Below are positions 7,651 through 16,701 of a stretch of DNA of 43,937 bases, piece after piece; position 1 is the first letter of the stretch; each line of letters opens with the position of its first letter. Both the position numbers and the translations under genes were made by a program. Below the pieces are notes generated by a model. That model had not been told where the DNA came from. It ran no database searches and saw nothing but the letters and a program-made list of their open reading frames with translations. Source of the DNA: Candidatus Aminicenantes bacterium (GTDB taxonomy: Bacteria; Acidobacteriota; Aminicenantia; Aminicenantales; Saccharicenantaceae); contig JBFYNT010000029.1 in assembly GCA_041304225.1 (NCBI GenBank), forward strand, positions 1 through 43,937. Direction: 5' to 3'.

Positions 7651-9021
7651 ATGAAGACGTTCCGGACGATCGCCGCCGGGCTGGTCCTTTTCGCCGCCGT
7701 CATCGCCGGCGCCGCGGACCCCGGTGAACTCGAGAAGCTCCTGCTCAACCGGACGGGCGAGGGCCGCAAGGCCGTCGGCATCGTCGTCGGGCTGGTGGAC
7801 GCGACGGGCGAGCGCCTCCTCGTCTCGGGAGCCGCGGCCCCCGGCGGCGCCGTCCCTCCCGGCGCCGACACGGTCTTCGAGATCGGCTCGATCACCAAGA
7901 TCTTCACCTCGCTCGTCCTGGCCGACATGGTCGCGCGGGGCGAGGTCGGGCTCGACGATCCGGTGGCCAAGTTCCTTCCGGCGTCGGTCAAGCTCCCGGA
8001 GCGGGACGGCAAGACGATCACGCTGCGCGACCTCTCGAACCAGGTCTCGGGGCTGCCGCGCATGCCCGACAACCTCAAGCCGGCCGACGGAGCCGATCCG
8101 TACGCCGATTACGGTCCGGACCGGCTGTACGAGTTCCTGGCCCGCTGCGAGCTCGGCCGGGCCGTGGGCGAGAAATACGAATACTCCAATCTCGGCGTCG
8201 GGCTGCTGGGCCACGCCCTGGCCCTCAAGGCCGGGATGGGCTACGAAGAGCTCGTCAGGAAGAGGGTCCTCGAGCCGCTGGGCATGGCCGACACGGCGAT
8301 CGTTCTACCCGAGCGCTTGAAAGCCCGTCTCGCGACCGGCAGCGGCCCCAACCTGAGCCCGGTCAAGAACTGGAACTTCGACGTCCTCGCCCCGGCCGGG
8401 GCGCTCCGCTCGACGGCCCGGGACATGCTCAAGTTCCTGACGGCCGCTATGGGCTTGCGCGAGACCCCCCTACGGTCGGCCTTCGACTTGATGCTGAAGG
8501 AGGAACGTCCGACGGGCACGCCCGACCTGACCATCGGCCTGGGCTGGCACGTCTGGCGGCGATACGGCACGGAGATCGTCTGGCACAACGGCGGCACCGG
8601 CGGCTACCGGTCGTTCGCCGGGTTCGATCCCGCGAAGAAGACGGGCGTCGTTGTGCTCTGCAACACGTCGTTCGGCATCGACGACCTCGGCCTCTACGCC
8701 CTCGAACCGCGCTGGCCCGTGGCCCGGTTCAAGCCGCCGGTCGCGCGCACGGCCGTCGAGCTCGAGCCCAAGGCCCTCGAGGCCTTCGCCGGTCTGTACG
8801 AGCTGGAGCCGGGCGTCACAGTCGCCGTCGCGGTCTCGGAGGGCAGGTTGCGCGTCAAGTCGCCGGGCCAGGCCGAGGTCGTCTACCAGCCCTGGAGCCC
8901 GACGCAATTCTTCCGCCCCGGCGGCCGCGAGCTCACCTTCTTCAAAGACGACGCCGGCGCGGTCGTCCGCCTGGAGCTCTACTCAGAGGGCCGCACCTTC
9001 GCGGCCAAGAAGATCAAATAG
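7651..9021 (+). CDS. secreted serine hydrolase, class C beta-lactamase / PBP-like family
   Basis: Signal peptide present. SxxK active-site motif FEIGSITKIF, plus YSN (YEYSNLG) and HNGGTGG (KTG-like) motifs. The C-terminal ~90 aa form an extra beta-domain. The start is 4 nt after the upstream stop, indicating an operon. Confidence 0.8.
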   Translation: MKTFRTIAAGLVLFAAVIAGAADPGELEKLLLNRTGEGRKAVGIVVGLVDATGERLLVSGAAAPGGAVPPGADTVFEIGSITKIFTSLVLADMVARGEVGLDDPVAKFLPASVKLPERDGKTITLRDLSNQVSGLPRMPDNLKPADGADPYADYGPDRLYEFLARCELGRAVGEKYEYSNLGVGLLGHALALKAGMGYEELVRKRVLEPLGMADTAIVLPERLKARLATGSGPNLSPVKNWNFDVLAPAGALRSTARDMLKFLTAAMGLRETPLRSAFDLMLKEERPTGTPDLTIGLGWHVWRRYGTEIVWHNGGTGGYRSFAGFDPAKKTGVVVLCNTSFGIDDLGLYALEPRWPVARFKPPVARTAVELEPKALEAFAGLYELEPGVTVAVAVSEGRLRVKSPGQAEVVYQPWSPTQFFRPGGRELTFFKDDAGAVVRLELYSEGRTFAAKKIK

Positions 9022-9050
9022 CCCCGGGAGGGCCGAGCGGCTAGCCCCGG

Positions 9051-9974
9051 TCAGTCCGGACGCAGGATGTCTGGAGGAGGACTGAAGACCTCTACCTGGA
9101 CGCCCCGCGATGGATGGGGAAAGCGGATCTTCCAGGAATGGAGAAGATAGCCGGTCGCGCCGGGGGTCGTGGCGATCTCGTCGTCGACGCCGTCGGCGCG
9201 CGGTAGACCGCCCCCGGTATAGAGCGGATCTCCGACGAGCGGATACCCCGCGTATGCCAGGTGAATACGGATCTGGTGGGGTCGTCCCGTCGGGATGGTC
9301 ACTTCAAGGACGCTGGCGTTCCGTTCCAGAAGCCGGCGCACGACCCGGACGTGGCTCGTCGACGGCCGTCCGCCGGGGCCGGGGCGGTAGGCGTTGACGG
9401 TCGGCGGGAGCGTGTGCGGGACCGGCCCGATCGCCGCGTCGACCGTGAACGTGTCGGGCATCCCGGTCCCCGAGGCCAGGGCCAGGTAGACCTTGAGGAT
9501 GCGGCGCTCGAACATGGCCGTCGCCAGCGAGCGGGCGGCCGTGCGGTTGCGCGTGAAGAGGATGACCCCGGACGTGCCGCGTCCGAGCCGGTGGAGCGGC
9601 GAGCAGCCGTCGCCGTAGCGCTCGCGGACCCGGTGGAGCAGGGTGTTCTCGAGGAAGAAGCCGCCGGGAAGGACGGGCAAGCCGGAGGGCTTGTCGAGGG
9701 CCAGGACGTCCTCGTCCTCGTAGAGCGTCCCGAATTCCCGCGGGGCGTCGGGCTCCTCCCACGGCGGACGATGGTAGACGAGACGGTCGCCCCGCTTCAG
9801 GACGTCGCCGGGGGTCGCCGGGCGCCCATTGAGCGAGACCTGGCCGGCTTCGATCTTCTTGCGCCACTCCGCCTCGGTCGAATGGGGATAGTGGAGGGCA
9901 TAGAAGAAAGCGACCGGCAGAGGTTCGTCGAGCGGCGAAATGACGTCGGGATAGTCGTAGCCGCGGTTTTTCAT
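9051..9974 (-). CDS. RluA-family pseudouridine synthase
   Basis: S4-like N-terminal region (GQVSLNGRPATPGDVLKRGDRL) and catalytic motif HRLGRGTSGVILF (RluA HRLD..TSG type). I chose Met87 of the track ORF (MKNRGYDYPD) as the start. Its ATG shares one nucleotide with the TGA of the upstream EF-P-like gene. Confidence 0.8.
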   Translation of the reverse strand: MKNRGYDYPDVISPLDEPLPVAFFYALHYPHSTEAEWRKKIEAGQVSLNGRPATPGDVLKRGDRLVYHRPPWEEPDAPREFGTLYEDEDVLALDKPSGLPVLPGGFFLENTLLHRVRERYGDGCSPLHRLGRGTSGVILFTRNRTAARSLATAMFERRILKVYLALASGTGMPDTFTVDAAIGPVPHTLPPTVNAYRPGPGGRPSTSHVRVVRRLLERNASVLEVTIPTGRPHQIRIHLAYAGYPLVGDPLYTGGGLPRADGVDDEIATTPGATGYLLHSWKIRFPHPSRGVQVEVFSPPPDILRPD

Positions 9975-10540
9975 CAAGCCTTCGAGGCGTACTCTCCCGT
10001 GCGCGTGTCGACCCGGATGATCTCGCCGACGGCCATGTATTCGGGCACCAGGACGACGAGTCCGGTCGACAGGGTCGCCGGCTTGTTCCTGGCCGTCACC
10101 GAACCGCCCTTGACGGACGGGATGGTCTCGACGATCTCGAGGTTGATGAAGGTCGGGATCTGGAGCCCCAAGACCCGGCCCTCGGAGGAGATGGCGATGA
10201 GCCCTTCGAGCCCTTCGGTGAGATAGGGCCATTCGTCCTCGATCTCCTCTTTCGTCAGCGTGAACTGGCCGTAGTCCTGGAGGTCCATGAAGGTGATGCT
10301 CGCCGCGTCGCCATAGAGATACTGGGCCGGCCGGCGCTCGAAGTCGGCTTCATCGAACATGTCGTCGCCGTGGAGCGATTGATCGATCTTGCGCTTCGAC
10401 TGCAGGTTGCGAAAGCGGATCTTATAGATGGTCACCGCGCCGCGCGCGGACGGCTTCTGGACCTTGATCGTCTCGACGATGTGGGGATCGCCGTCGATCT
10501 TGACGACGTCCCCCTTTTTCAGATCGGATGTTCTGAACAC
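9974..10540 (-). CDS. efpL: elongation factor P-like protein (EfpL/YeiP-type EF-P paralog; could alternatively be annotated efp)
   Basis: 188 aa from a GTG start, preceded by GAGGAGC and 4 nt. The sequence is EF-P-like throughout (SDLKKGDVV, KPATLSTGLVVLVPEYM, GEIIRVDTRTGEY). The loop QKPSARGAVTIYKIRF and ARNKPATL match my recollection of E. coli YeiP (SPTARGAATLYKMRF, ARNKPATL) rather than the canonical KPGKGQA. Confidence 0.65.
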   Translation of the reverse strand: MFRTSDLKKGDVVKIDGDPHIVETIKVQKPSARGAVTIYKIRFRNLQSKRKIDQSLHGDDMFDEADFERRPAQYLYGDAASITFMDLQDYGQFTLTKEEIEDEWPYLTEGLEGLIAISSEGRVLGLQIPTFINLEIVETIPSVKGGSVTARNKPATLSTGLVVLVPEYMAVGEIIRVDTRTGEYASKA

Positions 10541-10592
10541 GGGTGCTCCTCGACTCTCTCCCTCACCGCTCCCCCCCTCGCGCCGGGGAAAA

Positions 10593-10621
10593 ATGATAGT
10601 CCTCGGGAGGAAGACTGTCAA
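10593..10621 (-). promoter_or_regulatory. sigma70-like promoter TTGACA-17-TATCAT for efpL-rluA
   Basis: On the minus strand, TTGACA is at 10621-10616, followed by a 17-nt spacer and TATCAT at 10598-10593. This is about 50 nt upstream of the GTG at 10540. It argues against the longer track ORF that starts at 10621. Confidence 0.6.
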
Positions 10622-10649
10622 GGAACCGGACGAAGCCGGGCCGGAAGGG

Positions 10650-11063
10650 CTACTTGATGACCTTGGCCCCTTCGACGACCATGCCCTGGACGGACATGAC
10701 GCACTTGTCGATGACGCCCTTGTCGTTGCGGACGAACTGGAGCTCGTAATAATCGCCGGACTCCGCCAGGGTGACGTCGAAGCACAGCGGCTTGCCCTCG
10801 ACCGGATGGATCTCCTCGGGCGTCTCGCCGGGCGGGGCGCCGAAGAGCTTGCCGTCCTGCTCGCTGAAAGTAACGAACAGGCTCTGGCCCTGGCCCGAGA
10901 ACTCGTAATCGCCGACGATCTCGGCGATGAGCTTCTTCATGTCCACGGGCTTGGACGGCGCGGCGGCCGGAGCGGCGGTCTGGGCGGCCAAAGGAAGGGC
11001 CAAAGCGGCCAGGCAGGCCAGGGCCAGGATGGGCGTGATCATCTTGCGAAACGATTTTGTCAT
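10650..11063 (-). CDS. small secreted hypothetical protein (beta-domain resembling the C-terminal domain of the 7651-9021 hydrolase)
   Basis: 137 aa with SD GAGGAGG and signal peptide MITPILALACLAALALPLAAQT. The G.YE..G....V.F...DGKL...P...F....F..D..G.V pattern is shared with the C-terminus of the beta-lactamase-fold protein. Confidence 0.6.
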   Translation of the reverse strand: MTKSFRKMITPILALACLAALALPLAAQTAAPAAAPSKPVDMKKLIAEIVGDYEFSGQGQSLFVTFSEQDGKLFGAPPGETPEEIHPVEGKPLCFDVTLAESGDYYELQFVRNDKGVIDKCVMSVQGMVVEGAKVIK

Positions 11064-11136
11064 GCGGGCCTCCTCATCGATGGAACGTCACCATCTATAA
11101 ATACGGATACCCGCACCCGAACGTTCCCGGCAGTCG

Positions 11137-14061
11137 TTATTTGGGCTTGGCGCCGAGGTCCTTCCAGTTCAGCAAGGCATTGAAAATGAAGAAGTAGGAG
11201 CCGTGCGTCTGGCTGCGCCAGGCCGGGTTGAAGCTGAACAGGACGACGTGGCCCTTGCCGATCGCGGCGTCGACGAGGGCCGGCGAGCCGGCCAGCTCCT
11301 CCCCGCCCGCCAGGCCGCCGCTGATGAGCAGGTCGGCGGCGCTGCCGGCGAAGCTCAGGACGATCCGGGGCCGGTTGGCCGCGGTCGCCGCGGGCCGTGG
11401 GCTTTCCTCGTCCTCCGGCTTCGGCACGGCCTTCTCGGCCTTGCGGAAATCCTCGATGGTCTTCTGCCCGAGATCGCGGGGGCGGCCCTGGATGACGTCG
11501 GGATCGGACGCGCTGCCGCGGCCCGAGACCCGGCCCGACGGGGCCGCGGCCGGCGCCGTCATGGCCCGGGCCCGGCCGCTCATGCCACTCATGGCGAAGA
11601 CCGGAGACTGGCTGAAGTAGATGCCGACCTTGTCGTCATAGCCGTAGGCCAGCGGGCTCGTCTTGTCGCCGAGGGTCGCCTGGTACACGCCGCCGCGGGC
11701 CCACAGCTTGGCCGTGTCGCGGATGGCCAGCCCCTGGGCCAAGCCGAAGTGGATGGGCAACGCGGAGCTGTTGCCGATGGTGATGAAGACGCCGCCGTCC
11801 CGGACGAAATCGCGCAGGTGCATGACGCCGTCGAGCTCGAGTCCGCCGCGCATGTCGTCGGTCGAGTCCTCGGCGCCGATATTCGGGGTCAGGTCGGTCT
11901 TCTTCCAGGGCAAGGGCTTGTCGCCCGTGACGCCGTTGACAACGCTGAAGGGGTCCTGCGACGAGGGCCCGAAGAGAATGACATCGTACGTGTCGCGGAG
12001 CTTGGCGTTGTCGCGGACGGCGTGGACCGAGATGTAGTCGTAGGGGATGCCGCATTCGTCGAGGGCGATCCTGAGCCAGCCCTCGTTCTGGGTGTTCTGC
12101 CAGGTGTGCATGACCGCGACGCGCGGCGCGCCCACCTCGTGGGTGGGGACGGCGGGCAGCGCGGCCGCCGCGACGACCGTGAATCCGAGCTTCTTCGAGG
12201 CCCCGTCGAGGACGGCTTCGAGATTGGCGGGATTGTCGCCGGGCTTGATGACGAACGAGCCGGCCCGGAACTTGCGGCCCTGGGCCTCGAAGTCCTTCTC
12301 GGCCGCCTGGATCTTCAGGTCCTTGTGGGCGAACCGGAACGTGGCCAGGACGTTGTCGGCGTTGTGATCGACGAGGTAGGCCTGGACCGCGCCCTTGGCC
12401 GGGCGTACGACGCCGCCGGGGGCCGCGACCGGGCCCGCGATCAGGGTCATCGGGGCGTCGAGCACGGCGACGTCCTCGACGCGGACGGTCCGGACGTTGT
12501 AGAGCGGCCCGAGCGTCCAGCCGACGTCGTCGTAGGGGGAGGGGTCGTTGACGTTGAAATACTGCCGGTCGAGCATCATGTCGGCCATGCGCGAGTAGGG
12601 TTGGTCCAAGCGGACGACGAAGCTGCCGGCCGGGTAGTCCGTGTCCTTGATCTTGAAGGCCTTGTCGGCCCGATGGACCTCGACGCCCTGGGCCTGGAGC
12701 TGGCGGAGCAGGCGGGCCTGCTGGCCAGGGCGCGGGTCGTCGCCGGGGAAGACGTAGGCGGCCGGGCCCTCGGCGCGCGCCTTGGCCACGGAACGCTTGC
12801 CCTTGAGGTAGAAGCTCTCCAGGAACTTGTCCTTGAGGGTCGCGACGTGGTTCATGCCGACGAGGACGCCGCTCTGCTGGAGGTTGACGTTGTTGCGGAG
12901 CGACCAGAGGGTCGAGCGGAGCGGCGGGTTGGGCCGGAACCAGGCCCGGTCGGAGGCGGCCGAGACGACCCGGGTCGAGCCGTCGCCCGCGGTCTGGGTC
13001 TCGTAGAAGCGGCCGATGGCGTTGTGGCCGTTGGCGGCGTAGAAAGCGTAGTTCGGGGCCCAGCCGTCGTAGAACCCTTGGGTCCAGACGCCGGGGACGC
13101 CGGCCTTGGTCAGCTCGTCGACCTCGCGGTAGGCCAGGAGGTTCCACTCGTCGATGGTGATGGGGTCGAGCCAGGCGTTGTAGGGGCCGGTGCCCGTCGA
13201 GATGTAGAGGTAGGCGATGGACTCATGGAGGTCGTGCATGACCTGGGGGTGGAAGTCGAAAAAGACCTTCATGACGTTCTGGCTGAGCTTGAGGGCCAGA
13301 CCGAGGTTGTCGCGGTTGTTGTCATGGGAGACGTACTTGCCCCAGTAGACGAGCCGCGAAGGGACGTTGGCCTTGGGGTCCTTGCGCTTGGCCATGTGGA
13401 CGTCGACCTGCTTGTCGCGGCCGTCCGGCTCGAGGACGGGGGTGATGAGGGTGATGGCGTTCTCGCGGATGGCCTTGACGAAGGGCGACTCGTCGACGGC
13501 GACGCGGTAGGCCAGCTCCATGAGCATCTCGGGCGAGCCGGTCTCGCCGGAGTGCAGGCCGCCGGTGGCCCAGTACATGGGCTTGGCTTGGGCCAGGAGG
13601 GACTTGGCCTCGGCCTCGGAGAGCTTGCGGGGATCGGCCAGGCGGGCGTTGATCTCTTTGTACTTGTCGAGGTTCCTGATGGTCTCCTCGTCGGCGACGG
13701 CGACGACGATCCAGTCGCGGCCCTCCTCGGTCTTGCCGATGTCGAAGACCTTGACCCGAGGCGTCGCGGCGGCCAGGGCCCGCATGTATTTATAGATCTC
13801 GGCGGTGGTGGACAGGACGTCCTTGGCCCCGGCGATGCGGCCGAGGACCTCGAGCGGGGTCGGCACGCCCTCGGCGTAGGGCAGGGAATCGACGTATTTG
13901 GTGGCGAAGTGCGGGTCGGTCGTGAACTCGCGGATCTTCTTGGTGTACTCCTCGTGGACCTTCTGCTGGGCGACGGCCGGCGCGACGGCCAGGCTCAGGG
14001 CCAGGACGGCGGTGACGGCTAGGGTCAGAACGCTTCGTGCTCCGCGGCTCTCAGGATTCAT
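11137..14061 (-). CDS. large secreted M14-family zinc carboxypeptidase
   Basis: 974 aa with a signal peptide and SD GAGGAG. M14 zinc motif GGLHSGETGSPEMLMELAYRV (HxxE), with a later histidine in VMHDLHES. Confidence 0.75.
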   Translation of the reverse strand: MNPESRGARSVLTLAVTAVLALSLAVAPAVAQQKVHEEYTKKIREFTTDPHFATKYVDSLPYAEGVPTPLEVLGRIAGAKDVLSTTAEIYKYMRALAAATPRVKVFDIGKTEEGRDWIVVAVADEETIRNLDKYKEINARLADPRKLSEAEAKSLLAQAKPMYWATGGLHSGETGSPEMLMELAYRVAVDESPFVKAIRENAITLITPVLEPDGRDKQVDVHMAKRKDPKANVPSRLVYWGKYVSHDNNRDNLGLALKLSQNVMKVFFDFHPQVMHDLHESIAYLYISTGTGPYNAWLDPITIDEWNLLAYREVDELTKAGVPGVWTQGFYDGWAPNYAFYAANGHNAIGRFYETQTAGDGSTRVVSAASDRAWFRPNPPLRSTLWSLRNNVNLQQSGVLVGMNHVATLKDKFLESFYLKGKRSVAKARAEGPAAYVFPGDDPRPGQQARLLRQLQAQGVEVHRADKAFKIKDTDYPAGSFVVRLDQPYSRMADMMLDRQYFNVNDPSPYDDVGWTLGPLYNVRTVRVEDVAVLDAPMTLIAGPVAAPGGVVRPAKGAVQAYLVDHNADNVLATFRFAHKDLKIQAAEKDFEAQGRKFRAGSFVIKPGDNPANLEAVLDGASKKLGFTVVAAAALPAVPTHEVGAPRVAVMHTWQNTQNEGWLRIALDECGIPYDYISVHAVRDNAKLRDTYDVILFGPSSQDPFSVVNGVTGDKPLPWKKTDLTPNIGAEDSTDDMRGGLELDGVMHLRDFVRDGGVFITIGNSSALPIHFGLAQGLAIRDTAKLWARGGVYQATLGDKTSPLAYGYDDKVGIYFSQSPVFAMSGMSGRARAMTAPAAAPSGRVSGRGSASDPDVIQGRPRDLGQKTIEDFRKAEKAVPKPEDEESPRPAATAANRPRIVLSFAGSAADLLISGGLAGGEELAGSPALVDAAIGKGHVVLFSFNPAWRSQTHGSYFFIFNALLNWKDLGAKPK

Positions 14062-14091
14062 GGTTTTTCTCCTCTTCGAGGTCCGTCTATT

Positions 14092-16539
14092 CTATTTATT
14101 TTCTTTTGCTTGTCCGGGTCCGACCCCGATCTCGTAGAGCGAAACGCTGATCGGGGGGACCATGATCTTCCTGCCGAAAGGCGCGCCGGCCGTTTCGTGG
14201 ACCGTGACCTGCGGCTCCTTCCCCGGCACGTTGCAGGCGCGGGGGTCGAGGCCGCCGACGAGGAAGAGCCGGGCGGTCTTGGGCCAGGCGATCGTCCCCG
14301 CGTCGAGCTTGAGCGTCATCTCCCGTTTGGTGGGATTGACGATCGACAGGGTCAGCACGCTTTTCGTCTCATCCTTCCAGCAGGCCATGACGTCGAGCGG
14401 CTCCGGCGCGCCGCCGACCTCAACGGGGATCGTCCCGAAGTGCTTCCGGTAGAGCGCCAGGATGACGCCTGTCGTGTCGAGCACGGCGGCCGTCTTGGAG
14501 GTCTTGATGGCCCCGATGACGTTGACCGTCTGGGCGTAGTTGGCCATGAAGTAGACGCCGGACTGGCGGGCGAATTCGTTGAGGCCGGCCGCTATCCCCA
14601 GCGCGTCCTCGAGGAAGTACTGCGTCCCGAGCTCGCCGTAGACGTGCGGCCCGTACCAGTAGTTCCATTCGTCGAGGGCGACCGGGACCTCCTTCGCCTT
14701 GAGCGTCGGGATCGTGGCCCGGTACTTCTTGTGGGCCTCGGCGATCCGCCGGATCTCGGCCGGCGCCTGGTTGACGTGGCTGAGGAGCCCCGGTTTGTGC
14801 TGGACGTAGAAGTGCTCGCTGATGAGATCCATGTGGTTGGAGGCCTCGGCCAGCATCGTCTCGCTCCAGCGCCCGACCGCCCCCACCGCGACGACCTGGA
14901 TCGCCGGGTCCATGGCCTTCATGGCCACGGCGAATTGGGTGTGCTTCTTGACGTAGTCGGAGAGCGGCATGTAGCCGAGCTGCCAGTCGCCGTACATCTC
15001 GTTGCCTATGGCCCAGAACTTGACGCCCCAGGGCTCGGGGTGCCCGTTGGCCGTCCGCAGCCGGCCCATCCTGGTCTCGGGCGCGCCGTTGGCGTACTCG
15101 AGCTCCTCGAGGGCCATGGAGACGTCGCCCAGGCCGCTGTTGACCGTGATATAGGGCTCGGCGCCGATGAGGCGCATGAGGTCCATGTACTCGTGGATGC
15201 CGACGTCGTTGTGCTCGATGCCCGTCCAGGCCGGGTTCTTGCGCGGCGGCCGCCGGTCGCGGTCGCCGATGCCGTCGCGCCAGTCGTAGCCGCTGACGAA
15301 GTTGCCGCCGGGCCAGCGGTAGACGGGGGAATCGAGCTCCCGGAGGACCGCCAGCACTTCGGGCCGGAAGCCGTCGACGTTGTCGGCCGGCATGATCGAG
15401 ACCGCCCCGACCTTGAACGCGCCGCGGCCCGACGAGGCGATCTCGAGCCGGGCCGTCTCCGTGGTCGCCCCCGCCTTGAACGCGAAGGGGACGGTCCGGT
15501 AATCGCGGCCGAGCGACTCGACCGTGATCGATTGCCTCGCTTCGGGCGCGTCGCCCCAGATCAGGCTGACCGTGACCGGAGCGGCGCCCGCATCTCCCGC
15601 CAGCACCACCCGCGCCACGTAATCCCGTCTCTCGACGAGGGCCAGGTCCCCTTGGACGAGGCCGCCCGGCCCCTTGCCGCTGAGGGCGACGCGCGGCGTG
15701 TGGGCGCCCGTGAACGGCTTGAGCTTGTCCATCGTCACCGTTCCCGGCTCCCCGATCGCCCGCCAGGGTGATTCGCCTTCGCCGACCGACCCATAGAACT
15801 TGCGGTCCTCGAGCAGCTCGGCCCAGAGTCCCTGGTAGATGCAGCGGCCCAGGTGCTCGATGAACTGGCCGTAGATGTACTTGGACACCGGCGGACCGGT
15901 CTTCGCGCCGTCGATCGTGACCGTCGGCCGGCCAAGCTCCTTACCCGACAGGCGCACCAGCTCGACGTCGTCGAACCAGGCCCGGCCCGTCGATCGGCCC
16001 CAGCCGCCGAGGAGGCAGGTGACCTCGAGCGCGTCGTTGGCCCCGGCGTCGAACTCGACTTCGACCGGGGTCCAGTCCACGGTCCCCGTGAGGGGCGCCG
16101 TCCGCCATTCCCCCTCGCCGTTGACGTTGATCTGGGCGCCGCGGCCCGTGCCCGCGACGACGTTCTCCGTCCGGATCCAGCCGCTGAGCCGGTAGCGCGA
16201 ATAGGGCTTGACGGGCACGACCGTGGACCAGGAGGCGTCCGCCCCTTTCTCGGACGAGATCATGACGCTCACGGCGCCCGTGCGGGCGGTGGGCCCGCCG
16301 ACGAACGGGCCGACGGCTGAGCGCGCGTCGCTGTCTCTGCCCCAGCTGCGGAAGGCCCACCCCTTCGGCTTCGCGCCGTCCATCTCCTCGAACGAGCCGT
16401 TGGCGACGAACTGTTTGACGCCGGCCAGGTCGTCGCCGGCCTTCGGGCCGCCGGTCCGGCAGGAGATTAGCGCGACGGCGAGCCCGCAAACGGCGAGCAC
16501 GGCGGGGATCGACAGGGAACGGATTTGAGGGCGGTTCAT
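14092..16539 (-). CDS. GH51 alpha-L-arabinofuranosidase lipoprotein with N-terminal CBM4/9-like domain
   Basis: Lipobox ALISC. The N-terminal NGSFEE..GW region is CBM-like. GH51 signatures are present: YRWPGGNFVSGYDWRDGIG, FWAIGNEMYGDWQLG and DEWNYW. Confidence 0.8.
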   Translation of the reverse strand: MNRPQIRSLSIPAVLAVCGLAVALISCRTGGPKAGDDLAGVKQFVANGSFEEMDGAKPKGWAFRSWGRDSDARSAVGPFVGGPTARTGAVSVMISSEKGADASWSTVVPVKPYSRYRLSGWIRTENVVAGTGRGAQINVNGEGEWRTAPLTGTVDWTPVEVEFDAGANDALEVTCLLGGWGRSTGRAWFDDVELVRLSGKELGRPTVTIDGAKTGPPVSKYIYGQFIEHLGRCIYQGLWAELLEDRKFYGSVGEGESPWRAIGEPGTVTMDKLKPFTGAHTPRVALSGKGPGGLVQGDLALVERRDYVARVVLAGDAGAAPVTVSLIWGDAPEARQSITVESLGRDYRTVPFAFKAGATTETARLEIASSGRGAFKVGAVSIMPADNVDGFRPEVLAVLRELDSPVYRWPGGNFVSGYDWRDGIGDRDRRPPRKNPAWTGIEHNDVGIHEYMDLMRLIGAEPYITVNSGLGDVSMALEELEYANGAPETRMGRLRTANGHPEPWGVKFWAIGNEMYGDWQLGYMPLSDYVKKHTQFAVAMKAMDPAIQVVAVGAVGRWSETMLAEASNHMDLISEHFYVQHKPGLLSHVNQAPAEIRRIAEAHKKYRATIPTLKAKEVPVALDEWNYWYGPHVYGELGTQYFLEDALGIAAGLNEFARQSGVYFMANYAQTVNVIGAIKTSKTAAVLDTTGVILALYRKHFGTIPVEVGGAPEPLDVMACWKDETKSVLTLSIVNPTKREMTLKLDAGTIAWPKTARLFLVGGLDPRACNVPGKEPQVTVHETAGAPFGRKIMVPPISVSLYEIGVGPGQAKENK

Positions 16540-16611
16540 AGGGCCTCCTACGCTGTCCGATCGGCCGACGACGGGGCGAAGCCCTATATCAAGCCGGGGA
16601 CGGCAAGGAGG

Positions 16612-16640
16612 AATGTATCCCGGCTCCCCGCGCGTGTCAA
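16612..16640 (-). promoter_or_regulatory. sigma70-like promoter TTGACA-17-TACATT for the GH51 gene
   Basis: On the minus strand, TTGACA is at 16640-16635, followed by a 17-nt spacer and TACATT at 16617-16612. This is about 70 nt upstream of the ATG at 16539. Confidence 0.55.
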
Positions 16641-16701
16641 CGCCGCGAAGCGCCGGCGGCGGCGCGGGCCCGTTCCGCCCGGAGCGCCCGCTCGCGCCCG
16701 A

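Noticed and set aside
5980-8214. 744-aa minus-strand ORF spanning two plus-strand genes
   Set aside because: It crosses the intergenic junction of the flavoprotein and hydrolase genes, has low-complexity composition and has no start context. It is a shadow ORF.
9022-9050. Possible terminator hairpin between the convergent hydrolase and rluA genes
   Set aside because: There is only a 5-bp CCGGG/CCCGG stem with a ~15-nt loop and no U-tract, which is too weak to call.
11203-14022. 939-aa plus-strand ORF (and 11636-13147 minus, alternative frame) over the M14 peptidase gene
   Set aside because: Gly/Asp/Val/Arg-rich low complexity, antisense or out of frame to the M14 gene, which carries a signal peptide, an SD and the zinc motif.
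14110-15771. 553-aa plus-strand ORF opposite the GH51 gene
   Set aside because: A shadow ORF with Arg/Asp/Pro/Gly-rich sequence and no motifs.
16540-16611. Possible anti-SD (CCTCCTT) pairing with the GH51 SD in the leader
   Set aside because: The CCTCCTT lies directly after the -10 box (16611-16605). It is therefore probably at or upstream of the transcription start and not in the mRNA.
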